64,000 nucleotides of DNA from Dictyostelium discoideum. Its lineage: Eukaryota. This document shows, piece by piece, positions 33,659-44,261 of this stretch. The position numbers were made by a program, and so were the translations under genes. The stretch covers positions 3,392,001-3,456,000 of the forward strand of contig CM000153.2 of the NCBI GenBank assembly GCA_000004695.1. The letters are read 5' to 3'. How positions within the stretch are numbered: position 1 is the first letter of the stretch; each line of letters starts with the position of its first letter. Below the pieces are notes generated by a model. It had not been told where the DNA came from. It searched no databases and saw nothing but the letters and a program-made list of their open reading frames with translations.

Positions 33659-34687
33659 TTATTCTTTCTTTTCATTTGATTTACCATTTTCAATATCACC
33701 ATCAACAGAATTAAAATAATCTAAATTTAATTGATTTAATTCATCATCAGGTACAGCGATAACACCTGTAACTTCACTTATCCAATGCATTAACATTCTT
33801 TCAATACCACCTTTTAATGTTGCTTGACTTGATGAACATGATGAACATGTACCTTGTAATTGTACCATAACAATACCATCTTTAAAACCCATATATTTAA
33901 TATTACCACCATCTTCTAAAACTGTTGGTCTAATTCTAGTTTCAATTAATTCTTTAATCATTGCTACAACTTCATCATCTTCTGGTAATATCATTGTATC
34001 TGCATTAATATTACCTAATGATGGATCTGATAAAATTGGTAATCCTGAATGATAAAAATCAATAATTGTACCATAAATTTCTTTTTTTTTATTAAAATAA
34101 ATAAAAAAGTATTAGTAATTTCATTCATTCAATAACAATAATAATATATTTAATATAAACTTACGAGGTTTTAAAATTGACCATTCATGTTCAGGATATT
34201 TATTTACTGAAATGAAATCAGAACTAAAGAAAACTCTATTAACACCATCCAATTTAAATAAATTATTAGCTAATGGTGATTGTTGTGATGTTTTAAAATC
34301 ACTGAAATCTATAATTTGACCTTCTTCTAAAACTTGAACACCTGGTATAAACTTTAAACTATCTGGATTTGGTGTTGTTTCTGTTTGAATGAAAATACTA
34401 TTATTCTTTTTAGTTTCACCTTCATCTTCTGACTTTTTAAAAAAATCATCTATTAAATCTTTTGGTTTACTTTCATTATTATTATTATTATTATTTGTTG
34501 TACAATAAAATCTATTATTATTATTTATGTTATTATATATAGTTTTTTGTGTATTATTATTATTATTATTTTCATTGAAAAACGATTTACTTGTTAAACA
34601 TTTCATATTATTTGAACCTCTATTAAAAGTTGATAATGATAATGAATTTATTCTTTTAACATTATTTCTTAATTGATTAATTATCAT
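33659..34687 (-). CDS. NFU1 iron-sulfur cluster scaffold protein (mitochondrial); 2 exons: join(34687..34156, 34080..33659), ~317 aa
   Basis: Exon 1 gives the Nfu N-terminal domain ([24 protein letters not shown] ... EHEWSILKP), then GTAAGT (rc acttac 34150-34155). Acceptor aaaaag is rc of ct at 34081-34082; the phase-1 junction gives [18 protein letters not shown], as in human NFU1. Exon 2 has the NifU C-terminal domain with the CxxC motif ([23 protein letters not shown]). Confidence 0.8.
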
Positions 34688-35764
34688 TTTATTCTATATA
34701 TATATATATAATGTATGTATGAATTTGTGTTTTATATTTTTTTTTTTTTTTTTTTTTTTCTAAAAATTAATGAAAAAAAAAATCTGTTTTTCGTTTGCTT
34801 TTGATTTTTTTTTCTTTTTTTTAAAATAAAAACACCAAAAAATAAAAAAAAAATAAAAAAAAAATAAAATTAAATTTTAATTAATTAATTAAAATTTTCT
34901 AAAAAAGAACGAAAAAAAATAATTTTCTAAATTGGAATTCATTATTTTATTTTTATTTTTTTTTTATTTCTATTTTTATTTTAAAAAATATACTATTTAG
35001 ATAAACAAAAAAAAAAAAAATAAAATCAAAAAAAAAAAAAAAAAAAAAAAAGGATTTGGGAAATTTAATATACCATAAATAACATTTTTCTATTAAAACT
35101 TTAAAAAAAAAATTTATACAATTGTAGAAGTTGAATTAAAAAATCTGTGGGTATCTGAATACTTTATTTTAAATTTAGTTCCAATAGAGCAAATCCGATT
35201 CCCTAGAAAAACTTTAACATATGGTTTAAATCCTGACCAGAGTTTCCACTTAAGTTGGTTCTCCATTGTTTTACATTTTTCTGAAAATTAAAAAAAATTA
35301 AATTAAAAAAAAAAAAAATTCTTGTTTCTTTAAATATTAAATTTCATGAACACATAAAAAATAATAAAAATACTAAACTACCATTCCTTAAGAATTTGGT
35401 CTCACAAATAATAAATTAATTAATTTTTTAATTTCTTATTTATTTTTTTAATATTTTAAAATTAATAATAATAAATTTTTTTAAAATTCTTTTTTTTTTG
35501 TCTTAGTGTAATAAAATTGGGTGTATTTAAAATATGACATCAGATATTTTTTTTTTCCAAACATAAACTTTTTTAAGACAAAAAAAAAAAAAAAATTAAA
35601 GAATCAAAAGAAGCATCATTCTTAAAAAATCTAAAAAAAAAACCGAGTGGTCATTTTTTTTTTTTTTTTTTTTTTTTGTTTAAATTTTATTTTAATTACT
35701 TTTTTTTTTTTTTTTTTTTTTTTTCATTGATAAATAAACAAATTAATAAATTAATAAATATTAA

Positions 35765-36337
35765 ATGGATATTAAAGAAATTGTTGGTGATTATAATTCA
35801 TTTTTAGATACAATTTTTGAATTATTAATTAAAGGTGGTTTTAAAGAGAATGAATTAAAAGAATTACCAATTGATCATATTTGTTATAGAGTTAGTACAA
35901 ATGAATTTTATAATGAAAAAAAGGAACAGTTAAATCAATTGGGTGAATTATTAGTTGAGACTGAAATTGGTGGTAGAATGATTTCAACCTTTAAATTGAA
36001 TAAACCAATTCAATATAAGGATAAATCAATACCATTAATCGAATTACCAGCACCAAAAAAGAATAGAATCAACTATGACGGTTTAGAACACATTGAAATG
36101 GTTATCAATGAACCATTCCAATCATTTGTTGATAATCATCCATCACCAATTGATGAAAATTTAAAATTCAATTGGGTATTACACGCTTTAAACAAAGATA
36201 TCAATCCTGACGTAGAATGTGAATTCATAGATCCACGTATTAAAAATGAAATTAGAACTATCAGTGTTAAATTTCATCATCAATCATTAGAAGAAGTTGT
36301 AAAATATGAAATACAATTATTAAAAGAAAATAAATAA
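35765..36337 (+). CDS. YecM-like protein (bacterial-type predicted metal-binding enzyme, VOC/glyoxalase fold)
   Basis: 190-aa single exon. Matches the E. coli YecM pattern: DHICYRVSTNEFYNEKKEQLNQLGELLVETEIGGRMISTFKL (YecM: DHISLRCHQN...GELLSENMINGRPICLFKL), DGLEHIEMVINEP (YecM EGWEHIEIVLPGD), IRTISVKFHHQSLEEVVKYE (YecM TTIKFHPWSIEEIVASE). Codon usage is fully host-like. A C11 homopolymer follows the stop (36360-36371). Confidence 0.6.
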   Translation: MDIKEIVGDYNSFLDTIFELLIKGGFKENELKELPIDHICYRVSTNEFYNEKKEQLNQLGELLVETEIGGRMISTFKLNKPIQYKDKSIPLIELPAPKKNRINYDGLEHIEMVINEPFQSFVDNHPSPIDENLKFNWVLHALNKDINPDVECEFIDPRIKNEIRTISVKFHHQSLEEVVKYEIQLLKENK

Positions 36338-36529
36338 AATTTAAAAAATTCACACACATACCCCCCCCCCCACAACTCAAAATAAAATTATTTCTTTTTT
36401 CTATTTTTTTATTTTTACAAATTAATCAATTTAATGATAATAAAATAAAATAATAGTATTTTAAAAATAAAATAGCTTTTTTTTATATATTATAACGTCT
36501 TTTATTTAAAAAATAATAATAAAAAGTGC

Positions 36530-36638
36530 TTAACGGAGTCTACGAGCTTCACGTTCAGTTTCCTATAGTGTATTGTATTTTTTTATAAAAATTAATGATA
36601 TGGTCAGTAAGAAATTGAAAAAATAAACTTTTTATGAA

Positions 36639-36685
<47 letters not shown>

Positions 36686-36877
36686 AAAACTTACGAGTAA
36701 ACATAAGATATCGTCTTTTCTGACTGGACCTTTAACGTTTCTTAATAAAGTTCTTTCTTTACCTTGGGCAGTACCTAAAAACTCAACACGGACTTGAGTG
36801 ACGGCACCACGGGAACCAGTACGGCAGAGTACTTCGGTAACTTTGGCTAATTGAACGGTTTCAGTAGCAGCTGTGTT
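36530..36877 (-). CDS. rps28: 40S ribosomal protein S28 (eS28), exons 2-3 resolved: join(36877..36695, 36562..36530). The short first exon with the ATG was not located
   Basis: rc translation [61 protein letters not shown], then GTAAGT (rc acttac 36689-36694) and acceptor tatag, then [10 protein letters not shown]. This matches the eS28 core ...[21 protein letters not shown]...[27 protein letters not shown]. Strongly C/G-ending codons are typical of highly expressed genes. The upstream acceptor tttag (rc 36878-36879) implies a further 5' exon. Confidence 0.7.
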
Positions 36878-38178
36878 CTAAAAATTTAAATACAAATTTT
36901 TTTTTTTTGAGTCAGTATTCGGTTTTTTATTTTAAGGTTTTTTTTTTTTTTGTGAATTTTTTATTATGATAATAATAAATTTTTTTTTTTTTAAAAAAAA
37001 AAATGCAATGGTTTTGTTTATTAAAGATGAATCTAACCTGTATCCAATTTCTGATCAATTATTTTTGCTATAAAAAAATCTGTTATTTATTTTTATTTTT
37101 TATTTATTATTATTATTATTATTATTTTTGCTAAATTAAATCTGTGTTGTATTTGTTGACCATTGTGAAACTCTATTTGTTTTTAACATTTTTTTTTTTT
37201 TAATTATTATTGGACACTTTGTTTAAATTAATTTTTTTATTTTTTTTTATTATTATTATTTTTTTTTTTTTATTTATAAATCATCTTTTCTTCAAATGAA
37301 ACAAAACCATTGAACATTATTCCTTTTTATTTATTATTATTTACTTTATTTTTTTTTTTATTGTCAAAAAAAAAAATTAAATAAATAATAAAAATATTCA
37401 CATAGAAGAAATAACACACACCATTTTATTATACTGTTAATGCGAAAAAGAGAAAAAGGAAGAGTAAAACTTTGAAAATACGAAAATTTGGGGTTGGCCA
37501 AAAAAAAAAAATAAAAAAAAAATTTGAAAATATTAAAAAAAAAATTAGTTTTTTTGTGTAAATTTTTTACATAACTTTTATTGAGTTTTACTCAACGATT
37601 ATTTTTATTTTTTTAATTTTTTTCCAATTTTTTTTTTTTTTTTTTTTTTTTTCTTTTTTTTTTTTTTATGGACTTGTTTTAGACTTGATTATTTAACTTT
37701 AAACAAATTCTTTTTTTAAAACAAAAAATAAAAAAAAAAAAAAAAAAAAAAATTTAAAATAAATGATTAAAAACAAAAAAAACAAAAAAGGATTAAGAAA
37801 AATAAAAAAAAAAATATTTCATTAATAACTCTTTTAAATCCATTTTTTGAAATTATTTCTTTCAAATTAATTAATTTTTTTATTTTCATGAATTTCATCT
37901 TATTACAATAAATTCTTTTTTTTTTAATTTTTATTATTTTATAATTTTTGTTAAATATTTTTTTTTTTATTTTCGATATTGAAAAAACCGAATGTCAGAT
38001 TTTTTAAAATCAACCTTTGATTTGATTTGATTTTAATTTATTTTTTAATTTATTTTTTTATTTTTTTTTTTTTATTTTTTTTTATTTTCCCAAATCTTGA
38101 TGTATTGCTATTTATATTATTAATTTATGCAAATATTAAAGTATAAAAAAGGTTATTTTCTTTATATTTTTTTTTTTT

Positions 38179-38216
<38 letters not shown>

Positions 38217-38499
38217 AAGAACTGAAGTGGAAATTTTTATTTTATTTTTTTATTTTATTTTTTTATTTTATTTTTTTTTTTTTTTTTAATTAAATGATTA
38301 TTTTTTTTTTTTTTAAATTATTATTATTATAATTCTCCCTTCTTTTAAATTTGTATTAAAAATTAAATATACCACTTCACACATTTTTTTTTTTTTTAAA
38401 AAAAAAAAATATTTATTATACTTTTTTTTTTTTTCTTTTTTTTTTTTTTTTCTTTTTTTTTTCATTATTTTTTATTTTTCAGCAAACTGCGGACGGACT

Positions 38500-38532
<33 letters not shown>

Positions 38533-38702
38533 AAATCAAAAAACATCATCATACACGATTCCACTCAACGAATCACAAACCATATAATCTCACTCATCAC
38601 ACACATTAAATATTTATCAACATCCTTTTTAAATACAATATTATTAATAATACGCAATCAATAGTTTGTTAGTTTAGACTATAGAAAAAAAAAAAAAAAA
38701 AT

Positions 38703-38806
38703 AAACAAACAAACAAACAAACAAACAAACAAACAAACAAACAAACAAACAAACAAACAAACAAACAAACAAACAAACAAACAAACAAACAAACAAACCA
38801 AACAAA
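38703..38806. repeat. (CAAA)26 microsatellite ~40 bp upstream of the mitochondrial-carrier gene ATG
   Basis: Perfect AAAC/CAAA tetranucleotide run. Confidence 0.9.
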
Positions 38807-38844
38807 AGATAAACACAACACACACAATTATATATAACAAGAAA

Positions 38845-38865
38845 ATGTCAAACAACAACAACAAC

Positions 38866-38930
<65 letters not shown>

Positions 38931-40486
38931 TAAAAATAATAATAATAATATAGATTCATCAATTAAAGAAAAGAAATTAAAAGAATGGTTTGATAAATTT
39001 GATGTAGATAAAGATGGATCACTAGATAGTAATGAATTAAAAAAAGGTTTTAAATTACACGCAAATATTGATATGAAGGATGTAAGTATACTATATAATA
39101 TATGTAGTATATTGTATCTTTTTATTTTGATTAATTTTTATTAATTTTAATTTTATTTTTATTTTTATTTTATTTTATTTTCTTTTTAAAAAAAAAAAAA
39201 AGGAACAAATTACAAAAATGATGGAGAGAGCAGATTCTAATAAAAATCATAGAATTGAATGGGATGAATTTTTAAAGGTAGCATCAGATAGTTCATCACC
39301 TGAAATTGAGGATATTGCAGAACATTGGTTACAATATTCAACCAAACCAATCGTTCATGCACCAGCAGATGTACCAAGTTGGAAATTATTATTATCGGGT
39401 GGTGTTGCAGGTGCAGTCTCAAGAACTTGTACTTCACCATTGGAGAGATTAAAGATTTTAAATCAAGTTGGCCATATGAATTTGGAACAAAATGCTCCAA
39501 AATATAAAGGTAGAGGTATCATTCAATCTTTGAAAACAATGTATACCACCGAAGGTTTTATAGGTTTCTTTAAAGGAAATGGTACAAATGTCATTAGAAT
39601 TGCTCCATATTCTGCAATTCAATTTCTATCATATGAAAAATATAAAAATGTAAAACAAAAAAAAACAAAAAAAAACAAAAAAAAACAAAAAAAAACAAAA
39701 AAAAACAAAAAAAAAAAAAAAACAACAAATTTACTAATGATTGTTTATTTTTTTTTTTCATTTATTTATTTATTTATTTATTATAGTTTTTATTAAATAA
39801 TAATGATCAAACACATTTAACTACATACGAAAATTTATTTGTTGGTGGAGCAGCTGGTGTAACATCACTTCTTTGTACATATCCACTAGATTTAATTAGA
39901 TCAAGATTAACAGTACAGGTTTTTGGTAATAAATATAATGGTATTGCAGACACTTGTAAAATGATCATTAGAGAAGAAGGTGTTGCTGGTTTATATAAAG
40001 GTTTATTTGCATCTGCTTTAGTAAGTAAATTAATTTAAAATCATAATCATTAAATAAATAAATAAATAATTAATTAATTTTATTATTTTATTATTTTAGG
40101 GTGTAGCACCATATGTAGCAATTAATTTTACAACTTATGAAAATTTAAAGAAAACATTTATACCAAAAGATACAACACCAACAGTAGTTCAATCATTGAC
40201 ATTTGGTGCAATTTCAGGTGCTACTGCACAAACACTTACCTATCCAATCGATTTAATTAGACGTCGTCTTCAAGTTCAAGGTATTGGTGGTAAAGATATT
40301 TTATATAATGGAACATTTGACGCATTTAGAAAGATTATTCGTGATGAAGGTGTATTAGGTTTATACAATGGTATGATACCATGTTATCTCAAAGTTATCC
40401 CTGCAATCAGTATCAGTTTTTGTGTATACGAAGTTATGAAAAAAATATTGAAAATCGATTCAAAGAAAATTTCATATCAATCTTAA
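38845..40486 (+). CDS. Calcium-binding mitochondrial carrier (EF-hand + mitochondrial carrier domain; SCaMC/APC-like); 4 exons: join(38845..39081, 39203..39649, 39787..40020, 40100..40486), ~434 aa
   Basis: Exon 1 is poly-N then the EF-hand [19 protein letters not shown], with GTAAGT at 39082. Exon 2 has a second EF-hand-like region and the first carrier repeat ([29 protein letters not shown]), with GTAAAA donor at 39650. Exon 3 has PLDLIRSRL and GTAAGT at 40021. Exon 4 has [13 protein letters not shown]. All junctions are phase 0. Confidence 0.75.
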
Positions 40487-40647
40487 GCCTGGGACTTTAT
40501 CATTATTATTAATTTTTTTTTTTTTTGTAAAAAAAAAAAAAAAAAAAAATCCAAGAAAAAAAGAAAAAAAACAAGAATAACAAAAAAAAAAAAAAAAAAA
40601 AAAAAAAAAACAAACTTTAATTTAATAATTTAAAAAAAAACAATAAC

Positions 40648-40721
<74 letters not shown>

Positions 40722-41097
40722 AAATAGTAATAATATATTTAATCAATAATTTTATTGAACCCTCTAAATGCGAAGATTTTTTTTTTTTTTTTCCTCAAAA
40801 AAAAAAAAAAAAAGAAACAAATACAAAAATCAAATAAAAAAGAATTTACAAATATTAAATATGTTGGACTATTTGGCGCTCTTTTTTCCATTTTCCCACC
40901 ATTAATTTCATTTTTTTTTTTTTTAAAAAATTTGTTTATTTTTTTTAATTTTTTTTAATTTTTTTTTAATTTTTTTTTTTAATTTCTTCTTCTTTAATTT
41001 TAAGCATTAGGATAATAATAATAATTATAATAATAATAATTTATACAATATTATATAAACTTTTTTTTTCTTTTGTTTTATTCAAAACAACATATTT

Positions 41098-41165
<68 letters not shown>

Positions 41166-41246
41166 AAATACATAAAATTAAAAAAAAAGAAATATTGTAA
41201 ATAGTTTAAAAAAAAAAAAAGAAATATATATATATATATATATAAA

Positions 41247-42746
41247 ATGAATTCAAATTATGAAACAGCAGAATTAGAACAATTATTAAGTTTAAATGCA
41301 CCATTAGAAAATGTTGAAGCAAGATGGCAAAGAAAAGCAAGACAAAATAATAGTAATACAAACAATAATAATGGTAATAATGGTGGTGATAGATTTATAC
41401 CAAATAAAATGAATATAGATATTGGACATTTTAATCTTACTAAAGAAAATTCAAACCCAAATCCAAATGCAATAAATAATAATTCATCAACATCAACATC
41501 AACAACAGCAACATCGTCAACAACTAATAATATAGAATCAACACTTTATAAAGATACATTAGCAAATCAATTATTTGAGAGTAATAGTGGTGATTTAGAA
41601 TCAAAGATTCTTTCATTTAAATCAAAAGCACCCGTTGGTAATGTATCATCATCAACCAATTCATTACGTGTACTCTATAGTCAAAATCAAGTTGGTAGTA
41701 CACCAACCGACCAATCATTAAAGAAACAATTTCGTCAAATACCACAACAACCAGAACGTATATTGGATGCACCAGATATTGTCGATGATTATTATTTGAA
41801 TCTACTCGATTGGAGTAGTCAAAATGTAATTGCAATTCCATTGGGTCAAACGGTTTACCTTTGGAATGCAACCACTAGTGAAATTCAAAGATTGTTTCAA
41901 GTGGAGCAACAAGACGATTATATTACATCACTTCAATGGACAAAAGATGGTAACTATTTAGCCGTTGGTACCAATAGTTGTACCATTCAATTATGGGATG
42001 TCGCTCATACCAAGAAGGTACGTGAACTTCGTGGTCACGCGGGTAGAGTTGGTGCTTTGGCATGGAATGATTATATTTTAAGTTCAGGTTCATCCGATAC
42101 CAATATCTTCAATCATGATGTACGTGTACAAAATCATCATGTCTCAACATTGTCAGGTCATTCTCAAGAGGTTTGTGGTCTTAAATGGTCACATGATGGT
42201 GGCCAATTGGCTTCGGGTGGCAATGATAATATCATCAACATTTGGGATATCAATTCTGAGAACTTTGAAACACCAGCTCATACATTTGAACAACATACTG
42301 CTGCCGTTCGTGCATTGGCTTGGTGTCCTTTTCAACCAAATTTACTCGCTACAGGTGGTGGTGCTGCCGATCGTACCATTCGTTTTTGGAATACAATTAC
42401 TGGTGTTTGCTTAAATACTGTCGATACAATGTCACAGGTTTGTTCTATTCAATGGTCAACTACCTATCGTGAATTGGTTTCAAGTCATGGTTACTCTCAA
42501 AATCAACTTTGTGTTTGGAAATATCCCTCAATGGTAAAATGTGCTGAACTCACTGGTCATACTTCAAGAGCTTTACACACTGCAATATCACCCGATGGTG
42601 AAACTGTAGTTTCTGCTTCTGCCGATGAAACTCTTCGTTTTTGGAGAGTATTTGAAAAAGAAAATAAACTTCCAACTGCTAATCGTAAATCAAAAGAAGT
42701 TTCTGATGGTTCAATGATGAGAAATATAAATTCTTTAATTCGTTAA
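41247..42746 (+). CDS. cdc20: Cdc20/Fizzy-family APC/C co-activator (WD40)
   Basis: 499-aa single exon. C-box DRFIPNK near the N-terminus, seven WD40 repeats, C-terminal IR tail (...NINSLIR*), and the conserved RILDAPDIVDDYYLNLLDWSSQNVIAIPLGQTVYLWNATT block. The short N-terminal region favours Cdc20 over Cdh1. Confidence 0.7.
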   Translation: MNSNYETAELEQLLSLNAPLENVEARWQRKARQNNSNTNNNNGNNGGDRFIPNKMNIDIGHFNLTKENSNPNPNAINNNSSTSTSTTATSSTTNNIESTLYKDTLANQLFESNSGDLESKILSFKSKAPVGNVSSSTNSLRVLYSQNQVGSTPTDQSLKKQFRQIPQQPERILDAPDIVDDYYLNLLDWSSQNVIAIPLGQTVYLWNATTSEIQRLFQVEQQDDYITSLQWTKDGNYLAVGTNSCTIQLWDVAHTKKVRELRGHAGRVGALAWNDYILSSGSSDTNIFNHDVRVQNHHVSTLSGHSQEVCGLKWSHDGGQLASGGNDNIINIWDINSENFETPAHTFEQHTAAVRALAWCPFQPNLLATGGGAADRTIRFWNTITGVCLNTVDTMSQVCSIQWSTTYRELVSSHGYSQNQLCVWKYPSMVKCAELTGHTSRALHTAISPDGETVVSASADETLRFWRVFEKENKLPTANRKSKEVSDGSMMRNINSLIR

Positions 42747-42985
42747 CATAGTATTAATACAAAAAAAAAAAAAAAAAAAAATATAATCAAAATCAAAATT
42801 ATCAAAAAAAAAAAAAAAAAATCAAAAATTTGTATTATAAATATAGATTCAATGGTCGGTTCCAAGTGTACAGTTTTATCATTTTCTCCTCTTTCGAAAT
42901 CCTCAATTTCAATTCCAAAAAAAAAAAAACAAAAAAAAAATTTATACATAAAAGGTTAATCTAGGAGATTTTCCATTTCTTAAAT

Positions 42986-43025
<40 letters not shown>

Positions 43026-43352
43026 TGGTTTCTTAAACTGGAAATAAAAAATAAAAATAAAAATAAAAATAAAAATAAAAATAAAAATAAAAAAAAAAGA
43101 TAAAATAATAAAAACTTTAAAAAAAACAATTAATATCTAAAATATTTATTTTTAGATCAATTATAAAATCTGGATTTCCAAATTAATTAAAGTGAACTAT
43201 TTTTGTAATGTTTTTTTTTTTATTTTAAAAATTGTTTTTTTTTTTTTTATGACACTTTTATTTTTTACTTTTTGTTTTTTTAAAATTTTTTCATTTTTTT
43301 AATTTTTTTTTTTTTTTTATTTTTCATTTTCATTAATTATATATTTGGGAAA

Positions 43353-43559
43353 ATGAATCACAACAGAAACAATATAAATTTAAATAAAGTAATGGATGAA
43401 GAGAAAATGTTACAAAAATATCAACAATCATTCCTTAAGGGGTTAGTTCAAGGTGTAGCTTATGGTGTTGGTCTTGGTATATTTTCACTTTTTTGGAATA
43501 AATATTTTAGAAGGGTATTCGTTGAATATTTCAAAATACCCGCACACCTTTCAAATTAA
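43353..43559 (+). CDS. Small (68 aa) single-TM protein with a GxGxGxG-type glycine zipper (MICOS Mic10-like?)
   Basis: MNHNRNNINLNKVMDEEKMLQKYQQSFLKGLVQGVAYGVGLGIFSLFWNKYFRRVFVEYFKIPAHLSN. Not AT-run driven; flanked by normal intergenic sequence. Confidence 0.35.
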   Translation: MNHNRNNINLNKVMDEEKMLQKYQQSFLKGLVQGVAYGVGLGIFSLFWNKYFRRVFVEYFKIPAHLSN

Positions 43560-43972
43560 TAAAAACAAACCCTACCCACAATATTCGCAAACTTACCTCA
43601 TTTGAATTAAATACGCATATTTATATGTTTATATATCCTTTTTATTTAAAAATATCAAACCAACCAATCAATTAACCAATTAACCAATTAACCCAATATA
43701 TCACCTTTGTTCCAAATCAAAATTAATTAACGAAAAAAAAAAGACAAAGAATTAAAACAACATCAAAAGTTGTAACACAAATCAAAAAAAAAAAATAAAT
43801 AGGTTGATTACAATTTTCTTAAAAAAAAAAAAAGGTTGTTTATATAATGTTTTTTTTTATTTATTAATTTTTAATTTTATTTTTTTATTTTGTAATGTAC
43901 ACCTTTTTCTTTTAAATATTCTATCTTTTTGCGATTGAAAAAAACACAATAAGTGTTAATTCGCCATGAAGT

Positions 43973-44013
<41 letters not shown>

Positions 44014-44030
44014 CTAAACAGAATGGAAAT

Positions 44031-44219
44031 AACCATTCCATTAAAATGGTTTGAATCAATAAAAATGAATATTAATAAAGGGATTGGTTTTTTTTTTTTT
44101 TTTTTTGACTTTGTTTTTTGTTTTGTTGTTTTTTTTTTTTTTTTTTTTTTTTAGTTTTTAAAATAAATGGAAATAACCATTCCATTAAAATGGTTTGAAT
44201 CAATAAAAAATGAATATTA
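44031..44219. repeat. Two copies of a 55-bp palindrome-containing element GGAAATAACCATTCCATTAAAATGGTTTGAATCAATAAAAA(A)TGAATATTA, separated by T-runs
   Basis: Copies at 44031-44085 and 44165-44219 are ~98% identical. Each contains the inverted repeats GGAATGG..CCATTCC and CCATT-AA-AATGG. Located between the convergent 3' ends of genes 43353(+) and 44262(-). Confidence 0.6.
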
Positions 44220-44261
44220 CATTCTATTGGATAGTTAGTTGATTTTCTTTTTTTTTTTTTC

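Noticed and set aside
38478-38500. GC-rich 19-mer GCAAACTGCGGACGGACTC in the A/T desert upstream of the carrier gene, considered as tRNA or ncRNA fragment
   Set aside because: Too short; no cloverleaf or box A/B context. Possibly a regulatory site, but the evidence is insufficient.
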